This document shows, piece by piece, positions 1 to 8,174 of a DNA stretch of 32,000 bases. Numbering within the stretch: position 1 is the first letter of the stretch; each line of letters begins with the position of its first letter. The position numbers and the translations under genes were made by a program. The stretch comes from Nonlabens ponticola. GTDB lineage: Bacteria > Bacteroidota > Bacteroidia > Flavobacteriales > Flavobacteriaceae. The stretch lies in assembly GCF_003966335.1 (NCBI RefSeq), contig NZ_CP034549.1, positions 2,550,001-2,582,000 on the forward strand, read 5' to 3'. The notes below the pieces were generated by a model, which made no database searches, was not told the origin of the DNA, and worked only from the letters and a program-made list of their open reading frames with translations.

Positions 1-516
1 AATCAAGTTGGGCTGATAGCCTTCTTTTCCCAAAGCCATTTTAAACTCTTCGGCGGTTCGTTCATAATTCTTGTTGTGAAGTACTTCCGAGAGCATTTCT
101 TTTTTCGCTGCTTGCATTCGGCCCCATTTTCCTTCTCCTTGCCAGTACTCTAAAATTTTATAGGTTTCTAAAAGTGTGAAACTTCTACGTCCCACCAAAT
201 CATTTTCAATGAAGTATGTAGAGAAGCGTTCATTGAAAGTAGTACGCGAATGAAGTCCGGTAATCTGGTAGAGCATTTTTTTAGGAATACGCTCTGGAAA
301 TAAGGGTTGGAAACCAGCAATTATTTGCTCGTTTTTAATTTCTTCGGAAGGAGTTTCCCATAAGTCAATAATCGAACTATAATGAGAAATGTAGATCATA
401 AAACGCCTGAACGATTTAAAATTATAGCTTATCAAACAAGCTGCAATAAACCACCAAGGTACGCTACCATTGTACCTTTCGTGAAATCTATCTATTTTAA
501 AATCTTCTTCTGTCAT
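1..516 (-). CDS. hypothetical protein (C-terminus runs off the left edge of the window)
   Basis: Hand translation of the reverse strand: ATG at 516-514, then 172 sense codons to position 1 with no stop (MTEEDFKIDRFHERYNGSVPWWFIAACLISYNF...GYQPNLI). It is missing from the ORF track only because it has no stop inside the window. No catalytic motif recognised. Confidence 0.5.
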   Translation of the reverse strand, partial: MTEEDFKIDRFHERYNGSVPWWFIAACLISYNFKSFRRFMIYISHYSSIIDLWETPSEEIKNEQIIAGFQPLFPERIPKKMLYQITGLHSRTTFNERFSTYFIENDLVGRRSFTLLETYKILEYWQGEGKWGRMQAAKKEMLSEVLHNKNYERTAEEFKMALGKEGYQPNLI

Positions 517-525
517 AGTTAATAT

Positions 526-556
526 ATGGTCGCAATCTATTACAGATTGCGACCAT
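526..556 (-). terminator. perfect 13-bp stem / 5-nt loop hairpin, probable terminator at the end of the long minus-strand operon
   Basis: ATGGTCGCAATCT (526-538), loop ATTAC, AGATTGCGACCAT (544-556), an exact reverse complement. It lies 8 nt downstream of the stop of the 43-aa ORF and 9 nt upstream of the ATG at 516. There is no strong U-tract, which is common in Bacteroidota. Confidence 0.5.
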
Positions 557-563
557 TACATTT

Positions 564-695
564 TTACTTCTTTCCTTTAGAACCAGAATTTCCAGAGTTA
601 CCTGAACTTGTTCGAGGTGGATTGTTTCCTCTACCTTTTCCGGATGCGTTTCCTGTTTTACTTGGTCCATTTACTGGTGTGTTTGACTTTGCCAT
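564..695 (-). CDS. possible 43-aa Gly/Asn/Ser/Lys-rich basic micro-protein
   Basis: Hand translation: MAKSNTPVNGPSKTGNASGKGRGNNPPRTSSGNSGNSGSKGKK, then stop. It is below the length cutoff of the ORF track. A hairpin follows directly. The low-complexity composition makes it uncertain. Confidence 0.3.
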   Translation of the reverse strand: MAKSNTPVNGPSKTGNASGKGRGNNPPRTSSGNSGNSGSKGKK

Positions 696-776
696 AATTT
701 TGGGTTTTTATATTAATAATGGCTCAAATATATATTGGGTCTTTTGAGTGTATTGTAAACTTTGGACGATAGGGTT

Positions 777-2237
777 TTATGCTATTTCCTTTAAAAAATA
801 ATCTCTCAAAATTTCCTTAAATTTTGGAGAGTTTATACCATTCGCTTTCTCCAATATTTTCTGTTTATTAAAATATTCGATACCATACTTTTTCGTTTTG
901 ACCTTAGCGTTTGCAAGTTTTTTTTCGGCGGCTTCTGTAAAACCACCAGTACTCCAGATCTCAAACGTGAGTGATTTTTCTGGATAAACATTCATAGCCC
1001 ATTTTCTTATAATCACAATTTTATTAGAAATATAGTCCTCGATATAATCTATATCAACTGGGTAATTATAGCCTTTACATTCAACGATTTTTACTTCATT
1101 TTCAAAAACTGCCAATACATCTATTTCCTTTGATTGGTTGGTTTCTTGTAATGTCACTCTTTTGCTTATATCTAAATTACGGCAATACTTACTATAGTAA
1201 TATCCAACAGCAAGTTCAAAAAGATCTCCTCTTAAATTGTTGGTTTTTCCATCTACTAGTTTGGTCAATTTCTCCATCAAATTGATGTATTGTTCTGGAT
1301 CTTTTTTTAGAATAGCTCCAGCATTAGTTACTATATTGATTAGAGATTTTAATAATTCACTATATTCATTTCCAAACAGTTCCCTTATGGAAGCTATCAG
1401 CACACCATTACTTTTTAGCTTATTAAGAGCCTTGGTCTTTATACCATCAACAATTATCACAGGAAAAAGATCTAGAACTGGATTTGAAGCTTTTATAGCT
1501 GCTATTTTTCTTAGAAAGAAACTAACCGTTTCTTCATTGGTATCATTACCTAACAAAATGTCTGCAATTAAAAAGCCTGGGTTTTTGACATTACCCTTGT
1601 ATCTGGTTAGTCCATCAATATATGTTGGTGCCGAAAATGCAAATTGAAAACCACCAACAACATTATTATTTTTACCCTTTTTAAAGGATGTCAAGCCTAT
1701 GTTTTTACTCCATATTTCAAATCTCTGTAAAACAATAGCTTTAGAAAGTTCAATTGCTTTTATATGACTTAAATTAGGATTATGTTTTCCACCAAGCAGC
1801 GCATTTAAGCCTAAAGTTTCGTCATCATATTTTCTAACAAAATCATTTTTCAAGAGAAGCTCAATAAGAGTGTCAAATTTCATATGACCATCAATGCGAC
1901 TTATTGGACTTATAGAATAATTTGCTAATTCCTTCATATTTACAAGCCCGTGATGAAATTTTATCGCCGTGATTATAGCACCTATTCTTTTAGCATCAGA
2001 CATTATAGCTGCTAGTAAACCATCGTAATATTCTTCGGTCTGATAGTCATCGGAGTGATAAATGAAAGACTTTTTATCACTAAAAATACCTTTCAATTTA
2101 TGAATTGGACTTTTAAAACGTTCGATTCTCTTTCTAGCCGCTTCCTCAGTAATACCGTACTTTTTTGACATTATACGAGATAAATCTCCCGATAATATTC
2201 CGCCGTTTTTTCTAATATGTGTTACTATTTTTGTCAC
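777..2237 (-). CDS. 486-aa protein with N-terminal wHTH-like segment and C-terminal PD-(D/E)xK nuclease-like core; last gene of the Gabija-containing operon
   Basis: N-terminus IVTHIRKNGGILSGDLSRIMSKKYGITEEAARKRIERF looks like a winged helix. C-terminus GDLFELAVGYYYSKY...KEIDVLAVFENEVKIVECKGY fits the E...D...ExK pattern of restriction-endonuclease-fold proteins. Apparent GTG start lies 20 nt after the upstream stop. Confidence 0.65.
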   Translation of the reverse strand: MTKIVTHIRKNGGILSGDLSRIMSKKYGITEEAARKRIERFKSPIHKLKGIFSDKKSFIYHSDDYQTEEYYDGLLAAIMSDAKRIGAIITAIKFHHGLVNMKELANYSISPISRIDGHMKFDTLIELLLKNDFVRKYDDETLGLNALLGGKHNPNLSHIKAIELSKAIVLQRFEIWSKNIGLTSFKKGKNNNVVGGFQFAFSAPTYIDGLTRYKGNVKNPGFLIADILLGNDTNEETVSFFLRKIAAIKASNPVLDLFPVIIVDGIKTKALNKLKSNGVLIASIRELFGNEYSELLKSLINIVTNAGAILKKDPEQYINLMEKLTKLVDGKTNNLRGDLFELAVGYYYSKYCRNLDISKRVTLQETNQSKEIDVLAVFENEVKIVECKGYNYPVDIDYIEDYISNKIVIIRKWAMNVYPEKSLTFEIWSTGGFTEAAEKKLANAKVKTKKYGIEYFNKQKILEKANGINSPKFKEILRDYFLKEIA

Positions 2238-2257
2238 ACCACGCTATTTATATAATA

Positions 2258-4276
2258 CTAACTGTCTTCAGCCTTGTCATTTTTTTTTATTTCAATGACG
2301 TCCCAAATATTTCGGTCGATTTCTTTTAAGTTTTTGTCAAATCTTGATTTCTCGACCGCAAAAGCTAATAAATGGGTTGGCCTCGAAAACCCAACATACA
2401 TCATCTTTAAAGTTTGATTTAGTTTAGCGGTGGCGGCCACGGTTAATCCTTTTGATGATACATCAATAGGAACACCGAAAAATTGGTCTTTAACTCTTTC
2501 GGATTCATACTTTCCATTCCAAAAAGTTTCTAGATAAAGACTTGCAGTATGAGTTTGCCCCTTAATATTATGTACCGTACCAACTTTGATTTGAAAACCA
2601 TCGTGATCATAATAGTTTTTAAATTCGTTTAGTTCTTCTTCATCTTTATGAACTGAAGGTGTAGTGATAAATGTATTGGAATTGTTAATTTCAGATCCAA
2701 ACCAAGAAAGTAGATTTGGTATGAAATCTCTTATTTCAGCTAGAGTATCATTTATGTTTGATTCAGCAAGATAAATACTCCAATTGTAAATTTTATTCTT
2801 AAAACCATCATATTCATTGAGGTGCATCTTTTTGATTGTGTGAATTAGACGGTATGGCGTCATATATCTATTATGTTCATCTTTTAAATTTTCAAGTCGA
2901 AAGACTTTAGTTAAACAGCTCAATATAGCAGAACGACCAGTCTTTAGAGAACCATTGTGTTTTGGTAAATAAAGTAAATAGTCTTCTAAAGTTTCAAACT
3001 CTAATTTACTTTTGGATGTATTACTTTTTAAGCTTGGGAGATAGGTGTTTAGACAAAGCTTATGGTCTTTATCTGTCTCTTTCCGCCATCCAAAAGCGTG
3101 GTAGTTTTGTGTAGAGATTGGTAGATATCCTTTTTCTTGATATTCACTTATCGTTTTAGAAAATCTAGGTATTACTTGATGAGCCTCTGTGACCTCAAAT
3201 ACGTACATTATTGGCTTTATATCAATTACACTATCGTCATCGTTATTTCCGCGACCTTCGACTTCTGTTGGTGTTGAAGACAAATTTTGTACAATACTAG
3301 CAACGCGAGGACTTAATCTATGACTTCCTTTAAAAAACAACTTATCCAATCTTTGATTCCAAATTTTTTCCGTGCTGATGTCTCCAGAGAAAATACATTG
3401 ATTTAAATCACCCAGGCGTTGCAATTTTGAAGTACAGCTATGACCTGTGAATAATTTTTCTATCAAACTTATTTGGTGCAGCTCCATATCCTGCATTTCA
3501 TCTACAAATACATACTGGAATCTTTGTTGTATTAATCGATCATAATCCTTTATTTCATCCAATAGCACATCAGCAAGAAAATAAGCGTCATCGTAGCAAA
3601 GCATTCCAGTCTCTAAGGTTTTTTCCTTTGTAATCTTTAACCATTCAGTGATCCTCTCAATTTCAAAAGGCGTGAACTTTACTCTTCTTGGATTTGGTGT
3701 TTTTACCTCTAGTAACTTGCCATTCATTTTGTGAACCATCACATAACCGCTTTTACTTTTTTGGAAACGGTAATTATATAATACGTTAAAAACGTTGTTG
3801 TAATAAATAGCATTATTCTTTTCTTGTCTTGAAAAGCCTTCTTTTCCGTAGTTGAAAAATTTTAATATTGTTTCATTGTAAATATCATTATCAATACGAG
3901 CAGGTTTTTGTTTGTATTTTAAAAGGTATGCAGGGATGGCTAAAAATGTGTCAACAAAACTTTGAATGGTACCAACAAAATTGGGATGAGAAAATAACTT
4001 AGGGCAAAGATGACCTATTCTATCTTTTATTTCATCTACAGCGGCATTTGTATGTGATATTACTAATATTCCCTTATTATCAAAAAGTGGTAGTTTTTTC
4101 TCTAAAATCAATAGCTTGGCGAGTAGAGCTGTAGTTTTTCCACTACCAGGAACAGCTTGAAGATCAATCGTAGTTAAGTTTTTTATAAAATCCGTACGCT
4201 CTTCATCAAAAGACCGGCCATTCTTAAGAAGTATTTCTTCCGCATAATTTATATCTTCCTCTCTAATATTAATCAT
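2258..4276 (-). CDS. gajB: UvrD/Rep/PcrA-like SF1 helicase, GajB-like (Gabija)
   Basis: Walker A AVPGSGKTTAL, motif Ia VISHTNAAVDEI, motif II YVFVDEMQDM, motif V/VI GTVHNIKGQTHTA and MYVGFSRPTHLL. The start overlaps the stop of the upstream OLD gene by 8 nt. Confidence 0.75.
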   Translation of the reverse strand: MINIREEDINYAEEILLKNGRSFDEERTDFIKNLTTIDLQAVPGSGKTTALLAKLLILEKKLPLFDNKGILVISHTNAAVDEIKDRIGHLCPKLFSHPNFVGTIQSFVDTFLAIPAYLLKYKQKPARIDNDIYNETILKFFNYGKEGFSRQEKNNAIYYNNVFNVLYNYRFQKSKSGYVMVHKMNGKLLEVKTPNPRRVKFTPFEIERITEWLKITKEKTLETGMLCYDDAYFLADVLLDEIKDYDRLIQQRFQYVFVDEMQDMELHQISLIEKLFTGHSCTSKLQRLGDLNQCIFSGDISTEKIWNQRLDKLFFKGSHRLSPRVASIVQNLSSTPTEVEGRGNNDDDSVIDIKPIMYVFEVTEAHQVIPRFSKTISEYQEKGYLPISTQNYHAFGWRKETDKDHKLCLNTYLPSLKSNTSKSKLEFETLEDYLLYLPKHNGSLKTGRSAILSCLTKVFRLENLKDEHNRYMTPYRLIHTIKKMHLNEYDGFKNKIYNWSIYLAESNINDTLAEIRDFIPNLLSWFGSEINNSNTFITTPSVHKDEEELNEFKNYYDHDGFQIKVGTVHNIKGQTHTASLYLETFWNGKYESERVKDQFFGVPIDVSSKGLTVAATAKLNQTLKMMYVGFSRPTHLLAFAVEKSRFDKNLKEIDRNIWDVIEIKKNDKAEDS

Positions 4277-6086
4277 TGCAAGCGTATTTTATGGCATCAA
4301 TTAGATATTTAATGCTCTGGTCGGTTTCATCAATAGGTAAAACGCTATTTTTTTCAATACTAGCAGCAACCTCATAGGCTATTTGAGTTTTATGTAAACC
4401 TTTATTAATTAATTTTTTTCCTAATTCCTGTTCTATATTTCCTTCATCTATTTGTGGGTGTGATTTCTTGAATGCTTGAAAAAAGAGTTTTGATAATGAA
4501 GTAGATTTTGAAAGAGCATATTCTAGAGTCCAATCTACGGCGACGAATGTTTTTACATTTTGAAAATTGAATTTCTGGACTATCTCCTCTCTTTTCATTG
4601 TAGATCTTTGCTTGATATCGTCTACATCTTCTTTAGTATATGTTTTTACAATTTCACCTTCTTCATTCTTATCAACATCTAACTTATAAGCTCTGACATC
4701 GACATCTGTAATTACTGCGACTGGAATATCAATCTTAGTGGTATCATTTTCTCGAAGGTAAATTCTAGAATATTGTTGAAATGCAGTATTGCCAACATTA
4801 ACAATGGATACACCTGCTTCCGTCAGATTTTTCGAGATATGGCCTTGCTCTTTGAGACGTTGAGCAATTGCCGGAATAAGTATTTCTTCAGACCAACCTT
4901 CAACCATAATAATACCATTAGCAAAAAATAAATTTGCCTTTGTAGCATCTAAGAACCTTTCTAAAAATGAGTAGTCTTCTTTTTTTAATTTTGTATGATT
5001 TGGGCCTAATGGGAATGCTGAATCGTTTGAGCAAATAATTAGGTTTTCTAATTTGATTTTTGATCCTAAATTGGGGCTATGAGTAGAGAGAATAAGCTGA
5101 ATTTGTTTTTGCTTTTGTAATGCCTCAATTATTTGCATCTGAGCTTGTGGATGCAAGTGCGCTTCGAGCTCCTCTATAAGACCTAATCTCAATCCTGACC
5201 AATCTCTTTTTTGTAGATGAAGCAATTCAGAAGCCATAAAAAGACGATTTAATGTGCCGAGTCCTGGATTTACTTCATCTTTTATAGACAGTTCTAATTT
5301 TTCAAGTATTGTCTTGAGATTATTACCTTTTACACCAAAAGCTGACTCCTTAGAATCATCATAAAAGGATTTAATATAACTGTCAATATCTGTTTTAAGT
5401 TCTTTACCTTTCAAATCTTCCTTTGGTAAATCTTCATCATCATTGTTTTTGCCTAAAAAGTATTTTTCTACAGAATTATTAAAATCTTTAAAGAGACCTA
5501 CAAGTAAGTGATCTAAATCCTTATTCTTAAAAGCTTCGTGTGCCTGAAGAATTTGAGTAAGTCTAGAATTTTTTCTCGGCACCAATTCAGATTTCGCATC
5601 TCGCAGTGGTCTGAGATATGTGGTTTTGAGGTAATCTTTTGCTTCTGCATTTAACTGAAAGCCTACTGGGTCTATCCCAGCTTTCACATCTGCTGGAAAA
5701 ATTCTATTACTTACTATATTCCTCCTTACCTCTAGTATTAACCGTAAATAACATCTCTTTTTACCATCAGCATCTTCAATCCATCCCAGCCATTCCGTAA
5801 AGTGTTTTGCTTCTTCAATCTCAAGATTCTCAAATACTATTTCTATTCTTAAATGTTCCGTGTTCAAAAAGAAATCGTCTTGGTCTATTTTATACCAATC
5901 ATAACTGTGTGTTTTTAAAACAATTTTGATAGCATCGATTATTGCAGATTTTCCTGAATCGTTTTTGCCTACTAAGACATTTATGCCTTCTGTAAAATCG
6001 AGATTAAGATTTGGTTTTGCCAAATCGATCTTTTCAGAACTACCAAATTTTCTAAAATTCCAAAGCTTTAAATTTTTTAAATACAT
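4269..6086 (-). CDS. gajA: OLD-family ABC ATPase plus TOPRIM nuclease, GajA-like (Gabija / class 2 OLD)
   Basis: N-terminal LKLWNFRKF...VGKNDSGKSAIIDAI (Walker A), LIEELEAHLHPQAQ (Walker B / D-loop typical of the AAA_15/OLD type), LILSTHSP (H-loop). C-terminal TOPRIM Glu IIMVEGWSEE and DxD VAVITDVDV. Directly followed by a UvrD-like helicase. Confidence 0.8.
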   Translation of the reverse strand: MYLKNLKLWNFRKFGSSEKIDLAKPNLNLDFTEGINVLVGKNDSGKSAIIDAIKIVLKTHSYDWYKIDQDDFFLNTEHLRIEIVFENLEIEEAKHFTEWLGWIEDADGKKRCYLRLILEVRRNIVSNRIFPADVKAGIDPVGFQLNAEAKDYLKTTYLRPLRDAKSELVPRKNSRLTQILQAHEAFKNKDLDHLLVGLFKDFNNSVEKYFLGKNNDDEDLPKEDLKGKELKTDIDSYIKSFYDDSKESAFGVKGNNLKTILEKLELSIKDEVNPGLGTLNRLFMASELLHLQKRDWSGLRLGLIEELEAHLHPQAQMQIIEALQKQKQIQLILSTHSPNLGSKIKLENLIICSNDSAFPLGPNHTKLKKEDYSFLERFLDATKANLFFANGIIMVEGWSEEILIPAIAQRLKEQGHISKNLTEAGVSIVNVGNTAFQQYSRIYLRENDTTKIDIPVAVITDVDVRAYKLDVDKNEEGEIVKTYTKEDVDDIKQRSTMKREEIVQKFNFQNVKTFVAVDWTLEYALSKSTSLSKLFFQAFKKSHPQIDEGNIEQELGKKLINKGLHKTQIAYEVAASIEKNSVLPIDETDQSIKYLIDAIKYACND

Positions 6087-6096
6087 ATGCTATAAT

Positions 6097-6468
6097 TTAC
6101 TCTCCAAAAATGTAATCATAAACAGATTTGCTGTCCAATGGACCAGCAAGACCATTCATACCTCTAGGCTTTGGCGCTAGTTTAAAAATGTATACCCATT
6201 TAGAAGCGATATTTGCTCCTTGTGGCTGCTTCATATTAAGTGTCCCTTTGTCAGAAAAGAAAGCTTCAACTTCATTAGCTTTCATCATCGTTCCTGCATT
6301 AATACATTTCCAATGAAGTATTTTTCCATTTCTGACCGAATGTTCTGCTTTGCGACGTTTTTCGTTATTTGTAATGCCTGCGTACCAACCATTAAACCGT
6401 GGGTTTTTACTGCCCATAGTATTTTTTACAAACTTGGTTAGTTCGCTTTTAATTGCTCTTGTTTCCAT
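6097..6468 (-). CDS. 123-aa hypothetical protein, weak GIY-YIG-like signature
   Basis: GWYAGITNNEKRRKAEH resembles the Y-[IV]-G-[IV]-T-x-[DN]-x-x-R-R-x-x-EH half of GIY-YIG/URI domains, and a later NEVEAFF could supply the conserved Glu. The first GIY strand is not evident. Starts 2 nt after the upstream stop and ends 10 nt before the gajA-like start. Confidence 0.55.
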   Translation of the reverse strand: METRAIKSELTKFVKNTMGSKNPRFNGWYAGITNNEKRRKAEHSVRNGKILHWKCINAGTMMKANEVEAFFSDKGTLNMKQPQGANIASKWVYIFKLAPKPRGMNGLAGPLDSKSVYDYIFGE

Positions 6469-6470
6469 AT

Positions 6471-8174
6471 TTAAGTTACATCTAAGATTTTGAAGTTGAG
6501 TTTTTTAGAAAAATAGAGTTCGTCGAAATAACCTTGTAAATAAGGATCTGGAACCAAATAGGCGTCACTTTCACACAGCTCTTTAAATTTTTGTGGATTT
6601 TTTAGAAACATTGCGCAAACATCAAGTTCATCTCTAGATAAAAGACGACCGTGAAGGAGTTCTCTAAATTCTAAATAGTCAATAAATTTCTTGAATCTAT
6701 TATTATATTCTGCACCCAACGTCTTCAGAAATATTTCTAAATCATCTATGCAAACAGACCAAGGGTAAAAGTCTTCGCTGCTTTTTTTGTTAAGTAAAAG
6801 ACCTAAATCTATTTGTAATGAAGCAAACCTCTCAGACGTAACAACTATTGTAAAGACATCAATGATTTGCGACGTATTTAAAACTTCGCTGTGATTTTTA
6901 CTCTTTATAGTTATTGCCTCATCATTTAGAATTGCTTGTTCTACCTCAAAACATTGTTCATACCCTTTTTGAATACAATAATCAAAGTCTGACCTTATTC
7001 TCTCTGTAGCTTTTTTAGTGTTTCTCCACGGTTCTCTGCTACGAGAGGCTTTACACTCAATTACAAATGCTATTCTGTTTACTATGTATAGCAAATCCTT
7101 TTCAGCGGGATTGCTATTAATATAATAGTTGTTGTATGAAGTGACATTTTTTGCTTTACTGAAAAATCTGTCAAATATGTTTTGAGTTTGAGACTCTAAA
7201 ATAACCTTTCCTCTTCTTAAATTAAGTTGCTCTTTTTCCTTTTCTGTTTCAGTAAGAACTTGATAGAGCAGTTTGTAAACCGCATTAGGTAATTGCTTTT
7301 GAAATACATTCAAAAATGTTTTGTTATTAATTTTTATGATTGGTTTATGCTCTAATGGGTTGGGTTGTGAGTAAAATAAGTTATCAAATGAATCATTAAT
7401 ATCTATGGATAATAATTTACAGAAAACATCTACATCCTTCTTATTGAAAGACTTGTAGTAGTCATCTTTTGTAAATAATAAACAGCTGTGCGGATTCTCA
7501 AAAAAATCTAGAAAATTATCTTGTAATTCTAAAGGAAGTTGAGACAGACTTTCTTCAAATTTTCCAGCTTGAGCGTTTTGCACAAAATCTTTCATTCTTG
7601 GATCAAAGAGAAAACTTTTTGATGCAATGGCTTTTCTTTGATAATCATCCTCTGAAAACTCACAGAGTGCCATTAATGTTTTTAAGTCAATTCCTAGTCT
7701 TTCTTTTATTTTATCTTGATAGGGTTTAAATAAGCGAATTACTTTATTAAGTTCTTGTTCTCTATAATCAAGTACACCATTTTGAAAATAATCTTTAAAA
7801 GCAAGTTCGTGGATCAGCATTTCTGACCTATCTTCTTTTGATACAGTCGTATCAAATCTTGAATAATCCCACAAATAGAAACTAACAATTTCGAGCAAAA
7901 TTTCTCCAACTTTTTGAAGTATTTTATCATTCTCTTCGGAATAATAGAAGTCCTCAGATCCTACTTCATCAGAGGAAAGTCTCAGCATAATAAGATAAAT
8001 TGAATCCTTGTACTTAGACTTGAATTTTTCAGAAAAGCTCAATTGATTTCGTTCTGGATGATGACGCACGAAGTCTGCAAAGAAGCATACAAAGCTTTCT
8101 TTGGTATATCTTGAAATTATCTGTTGAATTTCAATTGATTTCTGTTCTATATCGACTCCCTTCATTTGCTCCAT
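6471..8174 (-). CDS. 567-aa hypothetical protein with NERD-like / PD-(D/E)xK motif in the C-terminal half
   Basis: RRGKVILESQTQNIFDRFF...EKDLLYIVNRIAFVIECKASRS fits the E...D...ExK nuclease core. No P-loop seen. Its ATG overlaps the TAA of the Type IIG gene (TAATG at 8172-8176), implying translational coupling. Confidence 0.65.
   Translation of the reverse strand: MEQMKGVDIEQKSIEIQQIISRYTKESFVCFFADFVRHHPERNQLSFSEKFKSKYKDSIYLIMLRLSSDEVGSEDFYYSEENDKILQKVGEILLEIVSFYLWDYSRFDTTVSKEDRSEMLIHELAFKDYFQNGVLDYREQELNKVIRLFKPYQDKIKERLGIDLKTLMALCEFSEDDYQRKAIASKSFLFDPRMKDFVQNAQAGKFEESLSQLPLELQDNFLDFFENPHSCLLFTKDDYYKSFNKKDVDVFCKLLSIDINDSFDNLFYSQPNPLEHKPIIKINNKTFLNVFQKQLPNAVYKLLYQVLTETEKEKEQLNLRRGKVILESQTQNIFDRFFSKAKNVTSYNNYYINSNPAEKDLLYIVNRIAFVIECKASRSREPWRNTKKATERIRSDFDYCIQKGYEQCFEVEQAILNDEAITIKSKNHSEVLNTSQIIDVFTIVVTSERFASLQIDLGLLLNKKSSEDFYPWSVCIDDLEIFLKTLGAEYNNRFKKFIDYLEFRELLHGRLLSRDELDVCAMFLKNPQKFKELCESDAYLVPDPYLQGYFDELYFSKKLNFKILDVT

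Noticed and set aside
526-747. Plus-strand 73-aa ORF from the track (MVAIYYRLRPLHFYFF...)
   Set aside because: It starts inside the hairpin and has a Pro/Phe/Leu-rich low-complexity translation. It is the antisense reading of the more plausible 43-aa minus-strand ORF, and no plus-strand genes lie nearby.
1237-1647. Antisense ORFs nested inside long genes (1237-1647, 5926-6180, 6128-6316, 6220-6441, 10545-10775, 12939-13154, 13370-13576, 14037-14261, 15216-15410, 15468-15653, 15779-16006, 19825-20007, 22736-22918, 23688-23999, 25962-26228, 26819-27004, 27710-27940, 28763-28951, 31012-31305, 31468-31698)
   Set aside because: Each lies wholly or almost wholly within a longer ORF that has clear conserved motifs. 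All are opposite-strand except 19825-20007 and 28763-28951, which are same-strand alternative frames. Their translations are hydrophobic or low-complexity, as expected for shadow frames in AT-rich DNA.
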